Assembly: GCA_965153455.1 (NCBI GenBank)
Contig: OZ234493.1
Coordinates: forward strand, 1,736,001 to 1,800,000
DNA: 64,000 nt
Direction: 5' to 3'
DNA from: Sphagnum compactum
Lineage: Eukaryota
The notes under the pieces are model-generated. The model did not search any database. It saw only the letters and a program-made list of their open reading frames with translations, and had not been told where the DNA came from. Shown piece by piece: positions 35,453 through 47,500 of the stretch. Position 1 is the stretch's first letter. Each line of letters starts with the position of its first letter. Position numbers and translations under genes: made by a program.

Positions 35453-35726
35453 TGGGTGCAAATTTTTTAAGGTGTACCAAAATCTTATCACATGTCATCT
35501 TTTTTTGTCTTTTTTACCTAGTTTTTTTTTACCATGTAAACACACATTTACGAATGATTATGATGCAATCTAGAATTGTAATGGTTTAAAATATAGTCTT
35601 TTTTAAAATTTTGACAATGTTTAACTCATTATTTTTTATGGGGATCAAAATATAGGGTAAATACAAACTACAATAAGGACTAAGCCTTTTTCATCATGTG
35701 TGGTACTCCTTAAAGGATTTTCACCC
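35453..35726. mobile_element. ~270-bp MITE, copy 2
   Basis: gggtgcaaattttttaaggtgtacca ... tggtactccttaaaggattttcaccc; reverse complement of 55536-55806. Confidence 0.75.
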
Positions 35727-36378
35727 AATTGCCTTTGTGCGATGTTTGGTGTTTGGTGTTTGGTGACATGTTAAACATATTGTTGCTATGTATGAGCTAC
35801 CAAACTAGGACAAGGAACATGTGGACACTACTTATGGGATGGATAGGCCCTTAATATAGGTATAGATGATTGAGGAATAGCCCATGGTTGATGAGGTAGA
35901 CAAGGTGTGAAATGTGAAGACAAACTAGGTGCAACTAAAGAAACTGGATGAGGCAAAGTAGATGTGTTGTGAATCATCGAGTGAAGGGGTATAAATGTTT
36001 TTATGATGTTCTATCAAGTCATCATGATATCGAAATCCTGTTATGATACCTGTCGGCACTTTGATATCAATGAAACTACAAGGTCTACCATGCATATACA
36101 CATTATCTAATGAAACCTTAAACCTTAAATTGTAAACTGTAAACATTTTTAACCTACCTACCTATTTACCTAATTTGAATGAGGTTGATAAGGGTACCAT
36201 GTTACAATCATGCAAAATCTCTAAAACACAATAGAGGAAATTGCATAATTAAACGACTTAAAGATTTGTAATGGGGGAATTTAGATTCAATTCTTTCACC
36301 ACTTCCTCGAATGATTGGTACTATTGCAAATTTCAAGTTTTTTTTTTTTTTGCATGATCTTGTTCTTGTTCCTCAATC

Positions 36379-39300
36379 CAAGGCCCACCAATTTTGAACA
36401 TTAAAACTGTTAGGCCTTAAAATGGTAGTAATTTATAGAAACTAGACTCCATCTTTGCGTCCGTTACCTTGCACGCATGTTCTAACTTGTACTTGATCCA
36501 TCTTGTTCTTGCCCCTACTTCCTATATAATCTCAGCATCCCCATCTCCTCGCCTACATTTATACTACCTATGTGTGACCGCCCACATTTCCTCTTTTGAT
36601 CCACTTCAATATAGTCTCTATGGCCCACCCCCTTTCACCCTCTAGATCCTTGTGAACCTTTGAAACCTAATGCAAAGGACAAGTGAAATGAAAAAGACTT
36701 GTTTAAACAATTTAAAGGTTGTTTGTTTGTGCAAAGGATCGTTTGGATTTCATCACGACATCACCATTGATGGCAAACCTCGGAAAAAAACTATGTTTGT
36801 GTGTCTATGTATAGTATTATGACAAAAAAAATAGAGCAAATAGAGATAGACAAAAGAAAAATGGAGCTAATAAAAAATAATGAAACAAGGAGGGGCAAAG
36901 GAGTTTCTAGAGTTCTAGTATAATAAAAGGCGAAGCATGTGGCAAACATTGGTAAGTCTTGAGGTATTTTTTAAGATTTTCTTTTGTCCATTCTCATTTC
37001 TAGTGCAATTTCAAAGTTGGTACAATAACCCAATTCTTTAATTGGTGAAATTTGAAAATTTTATTCTAGATTCTGTTTTATCCATTTATATTTACTGTAA
37101 ATTTGAATTATTGCAATAAACTCAATTATTTCATTAACAAATTTTAAGGGTTTTTTTCCCAATTTTTTTTAATATCCATTCTCATTTAGTGTTCGTCTTC
37201 TTTCACAATGCCTCCACAACTCCCACAAAGTTACAAATTCAAATACTTTTATTTCAACAAGAACCCTACTATTGTTGGGCTTCTTGTGATTCTTGATCCA
37301 AAAGTAGTTTTTTCATCTCATGGTCTTTTTGCATTTTCCCTTCCATTATTTTTTCCAAGTAGTTCTTATCTTTCATTTACAAATCTAGATCTAAAACATA
37401 ATAAAAATCTCGTTACATTATTGAATGAATCACCTTGCCCCCCAAAAGAAGGTTTACCCATCTATTCAAATCCAACAACCAAAAAATAAAATTATGACTC
37501 CATTAGAAAGTTTGAACAATCTTGGGTTGCAAAATTTCCATAGGCTGAGTTGTGTTTAGAGATAGATGGCAACTTGCACATTGTAAAATGTAAATTTATA
37601 ACTAAACATGTTGAATAGAAGGAAAAATTGCTTGTTTTTAAGAAGGATTCTTTTTTTACACACATAAGGCACAAGAAGCTTAAGAAGAACATAAGGTCTA
37701 AAATGAAGAAAGGGGAATAGTATTCAAAAGTGTGTAAGCATGCCAAAAATGTCAAAAGTTTGTTCCTTGCACTTGACAAAGTATTTATACCCAACTGACA
37801 GTTAGGGTGGCAAGAGAGAAAACAAGAATAATTGTTTGATTGACCAATGTAGTATAATTGCTACGACATGGGCATCCCATGTTGGAGTATGAATCCTTGA
37901 ACCCATTATTTGAATTTTTGGTACGTTGAAAAACAACAAGGAACATTAGATTGTACTTCAAATTAAACAATGGTAGAATTCATGCATTATAAAGTGATGT
38001 GGGCAACCATAGCTATACATGGGGGTTGCCCATTATGTTGTTTTGAGTTGTGATTAAGTATCTACATTTGACAACCAATCTTGGTTATATGTCTATAGTT
38101 ATATGGTGGATAATTGGGTAAGAATCCCAATTTTCATTTCTCTAGACCAAATGTTAGAAGGATCAAGGTCTAATAATTTAACAAAGGTTATTATGGAGGT
38201 TGTGATGACAGGTGGTGGTTTGCCACAAGAGCAAATTGCTAAGAAGCTCATTTTCTTTGGGGTGGATGGTGCCAATATTTTTCAAGGCATCAAGATTAGT
38301 GTCAGAAGGCAAATCCATGACAATTGTGCTCCTCATTGAATAGGGGTTCTATGTATGCCTCGTCACATTAATAGTAGTGTAAATCTTGTTGGGTTTGCCT
38401 TCGGTGATGTGGCTTGAAAATTTGTTACAAACCTTGCATTCATATTTTGCACATTCGCTTAAAAAACACTTGGAGTTCACAAAGCTAATTGAGTTCATAA
38501 AAAAAAACGGGAACAAGATTATTTGAAATGTGAAAATGAGATCGATCTTGATGTTCAACCTTGCTAAACAAGTGATGGTAGAATGCAAAAGTTTGTTAAT
38601 CAAGATGGTGTTGAATAACCCTATAAACTAGCAAGCCAAATTGAATTATGAACACTTTTGTGACCTAAATTTTTTATTAAACTTAGTTGTATTTTTCCAT
38701 TGTTGGAGTTTGTGCATGTTTTCATTCAATTTGCACGATGAACTTAGGGATTTTTATGTGTAATTTATTGGTAGTTATGAAGGTATGTCAAGGTGACATC
38801 TACAATATGTATTGTAATCCAAAGTTCAAGTTCATTGTTGACAACTTTTAAACCTTCAAATCTTCAATGGAATTCAAACATGAATGCATTGACATGTGGT
38901 GGATACCTAACTTGAATTCTGGAGTTTAACATTTGACATTTCAGTTGAATGGCCAACATGGTTGGGCATTGCATTGAGATTTGGAGACCATGTTGCCATC
39001 ATTTGTGATTGAAAGTTGTGTTTGTTGTTGTTGAATCGTTGGTGAAAAATTAGTTCAAAGAAAAAAGCTTGCAACTTTATGTGCTTCAAACCATTTTTTT
39101 TCCAATTTTCAACTTGTTTTGTGTATTTTTTTTCTAGTTTTTAGGTTTTTGTGTTCATGCAAATCCATGAACTATGTGTGTTTTGGCAAGGACTAGATAA
39201 GCTTTGATTTCAGAATTGGAAACTTTGTTTCTAGCATATGATGTCATGGATGTTCTTGGAATTATGTATCCCTAGTATTGGTTGCATTTAGATTTTAATG

Positions 39301-40095
39301 CATCATTTGCCAAACACCTTGATGTTATCAAAGTTGCATTTTAATAGGCAAAAATCCAATGGGTGAGGAAAGAAAAGCCTTATAGTTGTTGAATGTTAGT
39401 GATTTGGATTGCCAACAAAACATATTAAAGCTTACAAGGAAGTCAAATACAATAACATGTATGGCATTGCATTTTGACACTTATCTTTTAACCATAGTGT
39501 GGTACCTTGTGACAACATCTTAGATATTAATTTCTAGCTTCTTTGAGTATGTGAAAGTGGATGAATTAGTCATGGTGCAAATAGTAGGTAGTGTGGAAGA
39601 CAAAAAAATATTTCTTTACTTTGGCTTTTATGTAGTCAAATTTTCGCATTAGGTTCACTACTTATTTCTTACTTGTCATTCACATGTTTGCACAATAGTT
39701 TTAGATTTTGCAAAATTTCCCATGTGCAAAATGCATTGTGTAATGGAAAAGAGCACATCATTGATATTTTCATGATGGTTAGGGTGCTTTGCGAACTTCC
39801 TATGTCTGTTTTTGCAAATGTAGAAACTTGATGGCTTATGTTTCTATTTCTATTGAATTCAATGATTGCTTTACAAACCATATACCTTGGTTTCCATTTT
39901 ACTAGCATGGTTTTCCCACTCTCTAGAGTTTGATTGCAATGGTTTTTCTTTGTTGGGTCTTTTGAAGTTGTAAATGTATGACATATGTTAACTTGGCTTG
40001 ATTTTGTAGTTCACTTGTGTTGGAATGGCCAATTTTGAGGGTTTAATTCTCTTGCATGTCCTTGAGTTTACTTGTGAAATTTGATGGTTCACTTG
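36379..40095 (+). mobile_element. Degenerate hAT transposon (ZNF862-like transposase)
   Basis: Remnants RKFEQSWVAKFP*AE...VKCK (~37500), FGVDGANIFQG...QIHDNCAPH*IGVLCM (~38250-38360) and hAT dimerisation-like YVKVDELVMVQIVGSVED (~39550-39600). Imperfect termini caaggcccacca / tgatggttcacttg; boundaries approximate. Confidence 0.75.
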
Positions 40096-41514
40096 TTTAT
40101 TCAATCTTTTGTGTTGTTATTTGCACATGTGGATCCATACAAAAAACAATTTATCACCATTAACACTACAATTTGGGACAAGTAAATGCCAGGTTCATAA
40201 AAAATAATTAGACTCTTCACTTGAAAAACCCCATGTGCAATATCAGAATGGCCAGAAGTCTTGAAGAAATTTTCAATGATAGCCTTATGTTAGCACCTGT
40301 GAATATAGAGGTAGGGCAAAAAATTTCACCTTAATAACTTTAGGGGCAGCCATATTGAGATTAAAAATCTGGCAGGACCAGCCAGAGCTCCTACCTAAAG
40401 TGGCTTTTACCCAGTTGACGATCTTCACAAGTGGCCCCACTGGCTACTTTGCAAAAAGGAAAAGCAAAACATTGCTATCCATCCTCAAGTCTAATATTTG
40501 TACACTAAGGTGCACTTTCATCCTCACTTTAAGTTGGAGATGGAAATTGTGTCAGGAGATTATCATACAATGCTTTTCTTTTCAATTTCCCCATGGAGTG
40601 AGGGTGGGAAGCATCTGAAGGCAGATTTGGACTTAACTGAGGACATTATTTCAAAGAACTCCTAAAACTGTAGCCAGTAGACATAAATGTGACGACACCC
40701 TCCCAAAATAAAAACAGTTTTCTGGCCATTTTAGGTGAAATTGTTTTTAGAAAAAAGGGAATATTTGTTACAGAAAATTCCATTTTCTAAAACCTGTGTT
40801 ACCTCTTGGTGCTTTTTTGCCAGAATGTTTTTACTAAATACTCCTAAATTTTGGGTGTTACAGACTTTGCCAAATATGTTCATATAGGAGATCATGGAAA
40901 TGCTATGGGCTACATGCTAGTCTTGAATTTCATCATGGTTTCAGCAATTGGGATCTCAATACATTTCAGGAATTCAAGGAAATGAAGGGGATAACGCACA
41001 AAAGAAAAAAAAAAGCAAGAAATATATTGTCCAGAAGAACATGGCAGTTTTTTCACATTAATGCAGTTGTGTCCATGATTTGCATGGGCAGAGTGAACCA
41101 GCAGCCACCAGTACGTGCACCATGAAGGATGGATGGTAAGTGATTAGAAAACAGTTTTCTGTTGGGTTCCACTTTCCTAGCTGCATTTTTACTATCTACC
41201 TAGTAACAACCCAAAAGCACGTTGTTAGTAGGTAGTAAAAACAGCCCTTACACCTATATATCAACTATAAACCATCTACTGACCTACTATTTACCTATTT
41301 TCTTACCTATCTACCTATATAGACACCAATTTCTTACAAAATGAGTTATCAAGGTGAAACCAAATATTAACTAAGTCAAGGTTCATCCAAAACATCCCCC
41401 TCCCCCCCCCCCCCCCCCACCCCTCCTCTAACTCTTATTACATATACATTTACCAATCTATGAAAGGTGTTACTTAGAACTAGCTAAATATACATCAACT
41501 CATCCACTTGAAAT

Positions 41515-44500
41515 TTAAAGCTTTGAACAATCTGCGGATGCCCACCCAATTCGCTGATTCACTCGATCGAAAACCATTTGATGGTTTGCTTGTGCAAGGT
41601 TACCAATGATATTCACAAGCAGTCCAAACTCAGCACTGGGTAATATAGTGAGACAATATGAAGGGGGCTCCAAGTACAAAGATATGTAATTCTCTGGAGC
41701 CAGCACAAAGTGTACAGTTCCATTACCACTTGCATCTATGAAGTGGAATCTAATGGTTGGAAAGTCGTGAATTGAACCCTTTGTCAGGTTGAAGCACAGT
41801 GGAAATATGTCATCTACAGTGTGGTTGACTTGTGGTAAAGTTATCAGCCTCTGAAGTTCCTGCAATCATTTTACATGGAATCAGTCCTTTCATTTACTTA
41901 GTCCTATGCACTTTTGATCTCAATTGTCCATTGTAAAATGGATGCAATTGTAGAGCTTCCCTGGCCAGGGAAAACCAGGACACACCAGCACATTGTGCAG
42001 TATAGATGAGGTGTAGACGTGAAACACCATTTCCTTTGTGTTCCTGTGTCAGAGGAGGTTAATACAAAGTGGTTAGCTATCATGTATAAACCAGTGTTGG
42101 GTGGTTCTTGACTTTTATGAAGAACCTCCAGTTCTTTAAAAAGAATTAGGACCGTTCCAGGTCCACAGAAAAATGGAACCTTTGGTCCAGTTCACATCAT
42201 GTTCTTGAAAAAAATCCATCCATATTCCAATTCTGCTCAAAGGACATGAATGCACTTTTTCTTGTGTCTTTGTAAGTAAGATTTGGTGATGCAATTTTCC
42301 TTTGAACTGGAAGCAATGTATTGGAGAGAACCAAACACCTACAGGCTACTTACTACCTGTGTTCAGCAGTGAGCATCCCCTTTTCTGATTAATTTCGTAA
42401 GTAAGTTAGCCAGCCCAATCCTTGAAATCTGTTTGAGCAAGAGCGGATGAGGACACTAACCTGGGACACAGCAGTGTAAGCAACAGTGTTGAGGAAGGTA
42501 AATGCGCCGCCAGAGTCCCACAAGACGCCACCCGCATGAGTTGTTTTGTTGATGTGGAAAGTGTCTGGTGGGATATTCTTTAACAAGGTACCGTTCACGC
42601 TGATTCCTCTGAGGCCCACGTAATAATGTGGAGAAAACGTTTGGTTGACGATGGGTGTGTAGACCAAGTGGCGATGGAGTTTGAAGCCTTGTGGGCTTCC
42701 CAAGAAGAAGGTGCTCGTATTGGTGGTGGAATAGCTAAAGGGCACCAAGCAGTAGGAGAAAATCTCTGGATAGATGTTCCGCAGCTGGCTAGGTAGAGAG
42801 ATTGGACTTCTGCCAAGACCCAGGATTCCGTCTGCTCCAAAGAAGAAATTGGATTGGTTATGCCCACAACCAAATAACACATTTCGAATGGAAGTGGACC
42901 ATCCGTCTATGTTCGTGACTGTGAGCGTCTCGGACGCCACATTGCCTTGGGTGGTAAGTAACGGAGCGTATGTAATAGAGTATTTACATTCAGAGTCTTC
43001 GCAACTAACTCCAGCAACGTTGGGGTGGTCAATAAGAACCTGATGAAGAGAACATGAGAGATGAGTTTGTTATTAGCTTAGGGGCTCACATCATTGGGCA
43101 TAATTAGAGCTAGTCAGATGGCCCCAACATCTCACGGTAGGTAAGTCCCCAGGATGAGGGCATTACGGGAACAAGGATACCACCAGAGCTGACAGTCGAG
43201 GACCTTGGCTGTCACCTTGGCTAGCCCTGATATTGTGTCGTAGGTAAGGCCCTTGGACAACGAGGGCTTTACCAGAATAAGGGTACTGTCAGAGGCAGCA
43301 GCTGAGGGTGGTACTCGTATTCTGGTTACGGCCTTGTCCTAGGGCCTTTCCAATCCTAAAGCACCACTAGAAAAACACAATAGGAAGGAAGCTTACATTT
43401 GGTACAGACAAACATTTTAAAACGCAAGGTTCCTCGTTGAGGAAGGTAAGATGGTTCCCTGGACAGGAGTGAATCTTTCCTTTTTAAGGTAGCCTTCAAA
43501 TACACCAAGAAATTTCTCGCGGTGCTTTAGGAGACTAAGTACTGAGAAGTTTTCATACCAGGATCACTGGTGTGCAGAGATTCAAAAAAAAAACCTTGCC
43601 AAGTACATGAGGTTGAATATCAAACTAGCATCCGTGTAACGTTACACAAATGATGAATTACCATCTGGAGAATGGTTGTCAAATTGAGATCGATTTTAAG
43701 GAAAATTTGATCTCTTGAGGAGGTCGTTTTCCTAATTTGCAGCTAATAATCCTCGGTAGATATGCTGAGCCAATCTCAAGATCAAACCAGGTGGATGATG
43801 TGGGGCAAAAGTTTCTCGTTAGATGCATTTCGCGTACCTTGCAATAGTTGTCAGTGCACGATCTGTTTCTGTAAGATGAGGACAAGCTGGGATCAAATGG
43901 GGACCCAAAAGGATGAATGATGCATTGGTTGCAAGGCTTGCAATTCAGCCATAACAAGTCGCTTCCGGTATCAATTAAAACAAAGAATCGCTGCGGAGGT
44001 GTGCCAATTGACAGCGCCATCGTGTACTCAGTCAGCAACCCGTACTGAACATACGTTTCGTCTGGTATCACCTGGCTTTCGAATCCTCCATCGAAGGTCG
44101 AGCTCATCAATCGACGAGAGAAGTAATCCCGACGAGCTAAGCTCCTTTTCGCAGCCGCGGCTAACCTTTCAGAATACGAGCTAGTGTTGTAAGCTGCCTT
44201 TGACAATGGCGAATCTGGATGGTCTCTGTGTATCAATGGTGTTCTCAAGACCTGCAAAAGTCAAAAGTACATGAAGGCTCGATCTGCAAGAGATCACTTT
44301 CGACAATTGACTAGCAGTTTCATATCCATTTCTGAAAGCTCCTAACAAAACCAGCTGCCACACTTCGTTATGTACCTTAAGGACAGCAGATGAATCTTCG
44401 GTGGACACCTCAGACTGATCATCTGGGGACCGTGTAGACTCGGGCCAGCTATTGTGCAGCGTTGATGAGCCCGCATGAGAAAGGCTCTGTCCAGCGGAAA

Positions 44501-44597
44501 GGACTTGCCTTAATCCCATACAGGAGTGGCAAGCCTGCAAGATGACCACAACTTCCAACACTAGTAACACTGATCGAGCTCTCAGATTACACGCCAT
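41515..44597 (-). CDS. Secreted A1 (pepsin-like) aspartic protease, nepenthesin/CDR1-like, ~519 aa, 4 exons
   Basis: Exons 44597-44376, 44251-43838, 43039-42461, 41859-41515; all phase 0, GT..AG, 1560 nt, open. Hydrophobic signal peptide, propeptide LIHRDHPDSP, catalytic LIDTGSD and LWDSGG, Cys-rich insert (CKPCNQC), FGCG, GILGLGR, FSYCL, IIGNLAQ. Confidence 0.95.
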
Positions 44598-47500
44598 TTC
44601 CTATCCTGGAGGAGTCTCCTGCGCCTAAGTTGTCCTTGTTCACCACCGCCTGGAGGTTACTTAGCTCTTTACAAAAGCTTACAATCTTATGAACGGGCTT
44701 CTGATGGATTCAGTCAACGTGTGCTAGCGAACTCTTTCTTATCTCCTTCCTCCGCACGTGAGCATGTAATTTGGGATAATCCAGTGTCCCATCTACTAGC
44801 TTCAATCTGACGTGTGTGCTTCTCCACTTGTCCATAGATTTGACTACTTGGGCCAAGGAAAGTGCTACAGTCGCTGCTGGTACCTCATTTTCTACTTTGG
44901 TTGCAAAAGTCGCTACCACTGCCAGAGATGTAGGAAAGCCAGTCTACACTGAACTAGGACAAACTTGCTTGTTTGTATGGGAGATTCCCATATGAATGGG
45001 TTCTCCTGAGGGAGGGAGGGTCGCACAAGCTTGGTAGCTCAGGGGCATTTGCGACCTATGGAGAACACACGGGTATGGGAACCTCCATGGCCGTCAAATA
45101 CTCTTCTTTTTCTTTCCTCCACTCTTTCCTTCTTGTTTTCTTTTCAATTTTCTTGATGTGTCCCTTTCCTCCTTGTGTTTATGAATTTTCGTGGTCCATC
45201 CCATCGAAAAATCTTTCCATTGGAACATGGGAACGACAAATATATTATGGCGAGATCTCCCCTACCACATAACTTCCTAAGGACATCTCTGAAGATACAA
45301 AGAGAAATAAAAAGAGAGGTTTTTATGTTATTATAGAACACTTGCCTAGTATAGTAAAGAGTAGGATAACGACTGAGAGAGGGCCTGTTCTGGGTATCTG
45401 GCCCCAGCATGAGGAATGAGCTGCCCCACTTGAATTCCCAGAATTTCGCCTTGAAGGTCCTTATCCAGCTTTAAAATTGGTCAAAATTTTAATGGCCCCA
45501 CTTTTTTTTAGGAGAGGAGAAACCTTACACACAAGGTGCAGCCTCCTCCTCTGTTGCATCTAAACTACTAACAATGGTTGAGGTGCCCTCCACATGTATT
45601 TAAAATTCTACTAATACTTTACACACTCGGAGAAATTTTCAAGTGTATATGGAGAGCACCTTATGTACTTGAATGTCCCTGCTCCCAGCAAAGAGGAAGA
45701 TCTTACGCGTACTCCTTAGGGATCTTACTCCTATAAGGATAGGAATAAATGTAACAACCCGCACCCTTCTACGCCTTGTGATCCACTTACCTTTAGGTTC
45801 CCCATCATGTTCACCTCATGCTTTCCAATGGAGAAGGGACATTCCTTGTGGACATCTCAAAATGCAGTGCCTCGGCTGGACTTGGCTATGGCCTTATCTT
45901 GGGCCCCTTATTCTTGAAATGCCCCCCACCTTGGGTCACACAAGCGAGGGTTAATCCTTTCAATCCTAAATGTAATGTGTGAGTGACGGTATTTAAAATA
46001 CAATTAATTTACAACTTTGTTAAACCATTCAACTTTAATATTAAACTGTTAAATTTTCAGTTTTTTAAATTGGATTTGCAGGCAAGGGGACCTTTTGTTT
46101 TGGGTTAAATTAATTTGGCATTTTGTGCTAAACATTTGTGTCAATGTACAGGTATGTAAATCATATTGACATATGTGCTATATTTTAGGATGGTTGTTTT
46201 TGGTTTCAGGTGGAAGCACAATAGGGGGTCAAATTTGTTGTCACATTGTATTTTTAAATTTTTTTTAAAGGTACACATGTTTGCAGGTCAATCATTTTAA
46301 TATTAATAGAAAGAAAATTTATAATGTTTTTACAGATTATGGTAAGCTAAAACACAAAGAAATTATATATTTTTATTTTATATGATGTAATGTTAGAATA
46401 TTGTTGTGCAATACATATGTCATAGTGTATTAAAAAATATAAATATATTTAATAAATAGTTGAAATGATTTTTAATATTTATAAATTTGTAGTTTTTATT
46501 TTGATTGTGATCCCATGTGATTGGAATAGGTTTGTGAGTTATGTGAAGAGTTTGATAACTATGATATCACAAATGAGTTTTTTTTAGGGCAATGACTATA
46601 AGAATGTGATAAACTAAAATCTTGACAATCATTTCTAAATGGAATATGACAAAAAATTGTGAGGTGGACCATTTTTATGAGAATTTTAGTTCAAATGTTT
46701 ATGACTGCCTAATTCAAGCCAAAAACTAGTGCAATCTAAAACAAAGAAAGGGCTTTATTATGTTTTGTTACCATAAATATACCAGTTATTCTTTCAACTT
46801 AATGTTTTAAATTTATTTCTTTTTTTCATATAATATTAAATAACATGAACTTTGTGAAATCAAAATATAAAGCCCAAATAGCAAAATGAAACCCAAAATT
46901 AAACACAACACATTTTGAAGGTGTATATTTGTTATACATGTTGTGAAAGTGCCCAAGTTGACCCCCATAGTGTGCTTTCACCTTTTCACATATTACCACA
47001 TTTGTTACTAATGTTTGGTATTAAATAATTCGAAAAATGGTGTGTTGGGAAAATATATATTTTTCAATTTAACCATATTGGATTTCTTCAAAGAATGGAA
47101 TATTGGATGTATTGAGCATGGAAAATAGTTCAAACCATTGATTACCACCATATATTGAAAATGTTTAAGGAACCATGTATACATATATTTTTGTGCATTT
47201 ATCAAAAATTTGAAATATTTCTACTTATGCTATTGGATGCATTTTTTGGAACAAATGATTATTTTTACAATATAATTACTAATTATCAATGGTAGGTAAG
47301 GTCATTGATGTAATCTACCTTGTGGCAATGATTTTTCTTGTGGTGAATTTTTATCATTTTACAGAAAATAATTTGGAAAAGGAAAATTTTGTCAAAAATT
47401 CCTTGTTTCTATGAAAACATTTGCCATTTTTGCTACTTTCATATTATCCCCATGGTTATTATTTATGATACATCTCTTCCTATGAATTTGATTTTTTCCA

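Noticed and set aside
45735-45975. PPT-like purine run followed by TGTAACAACCCG (Gypsy-LTR-like start)
   Set aside because: No matching LTR end, second LTR or coding remnant was found.
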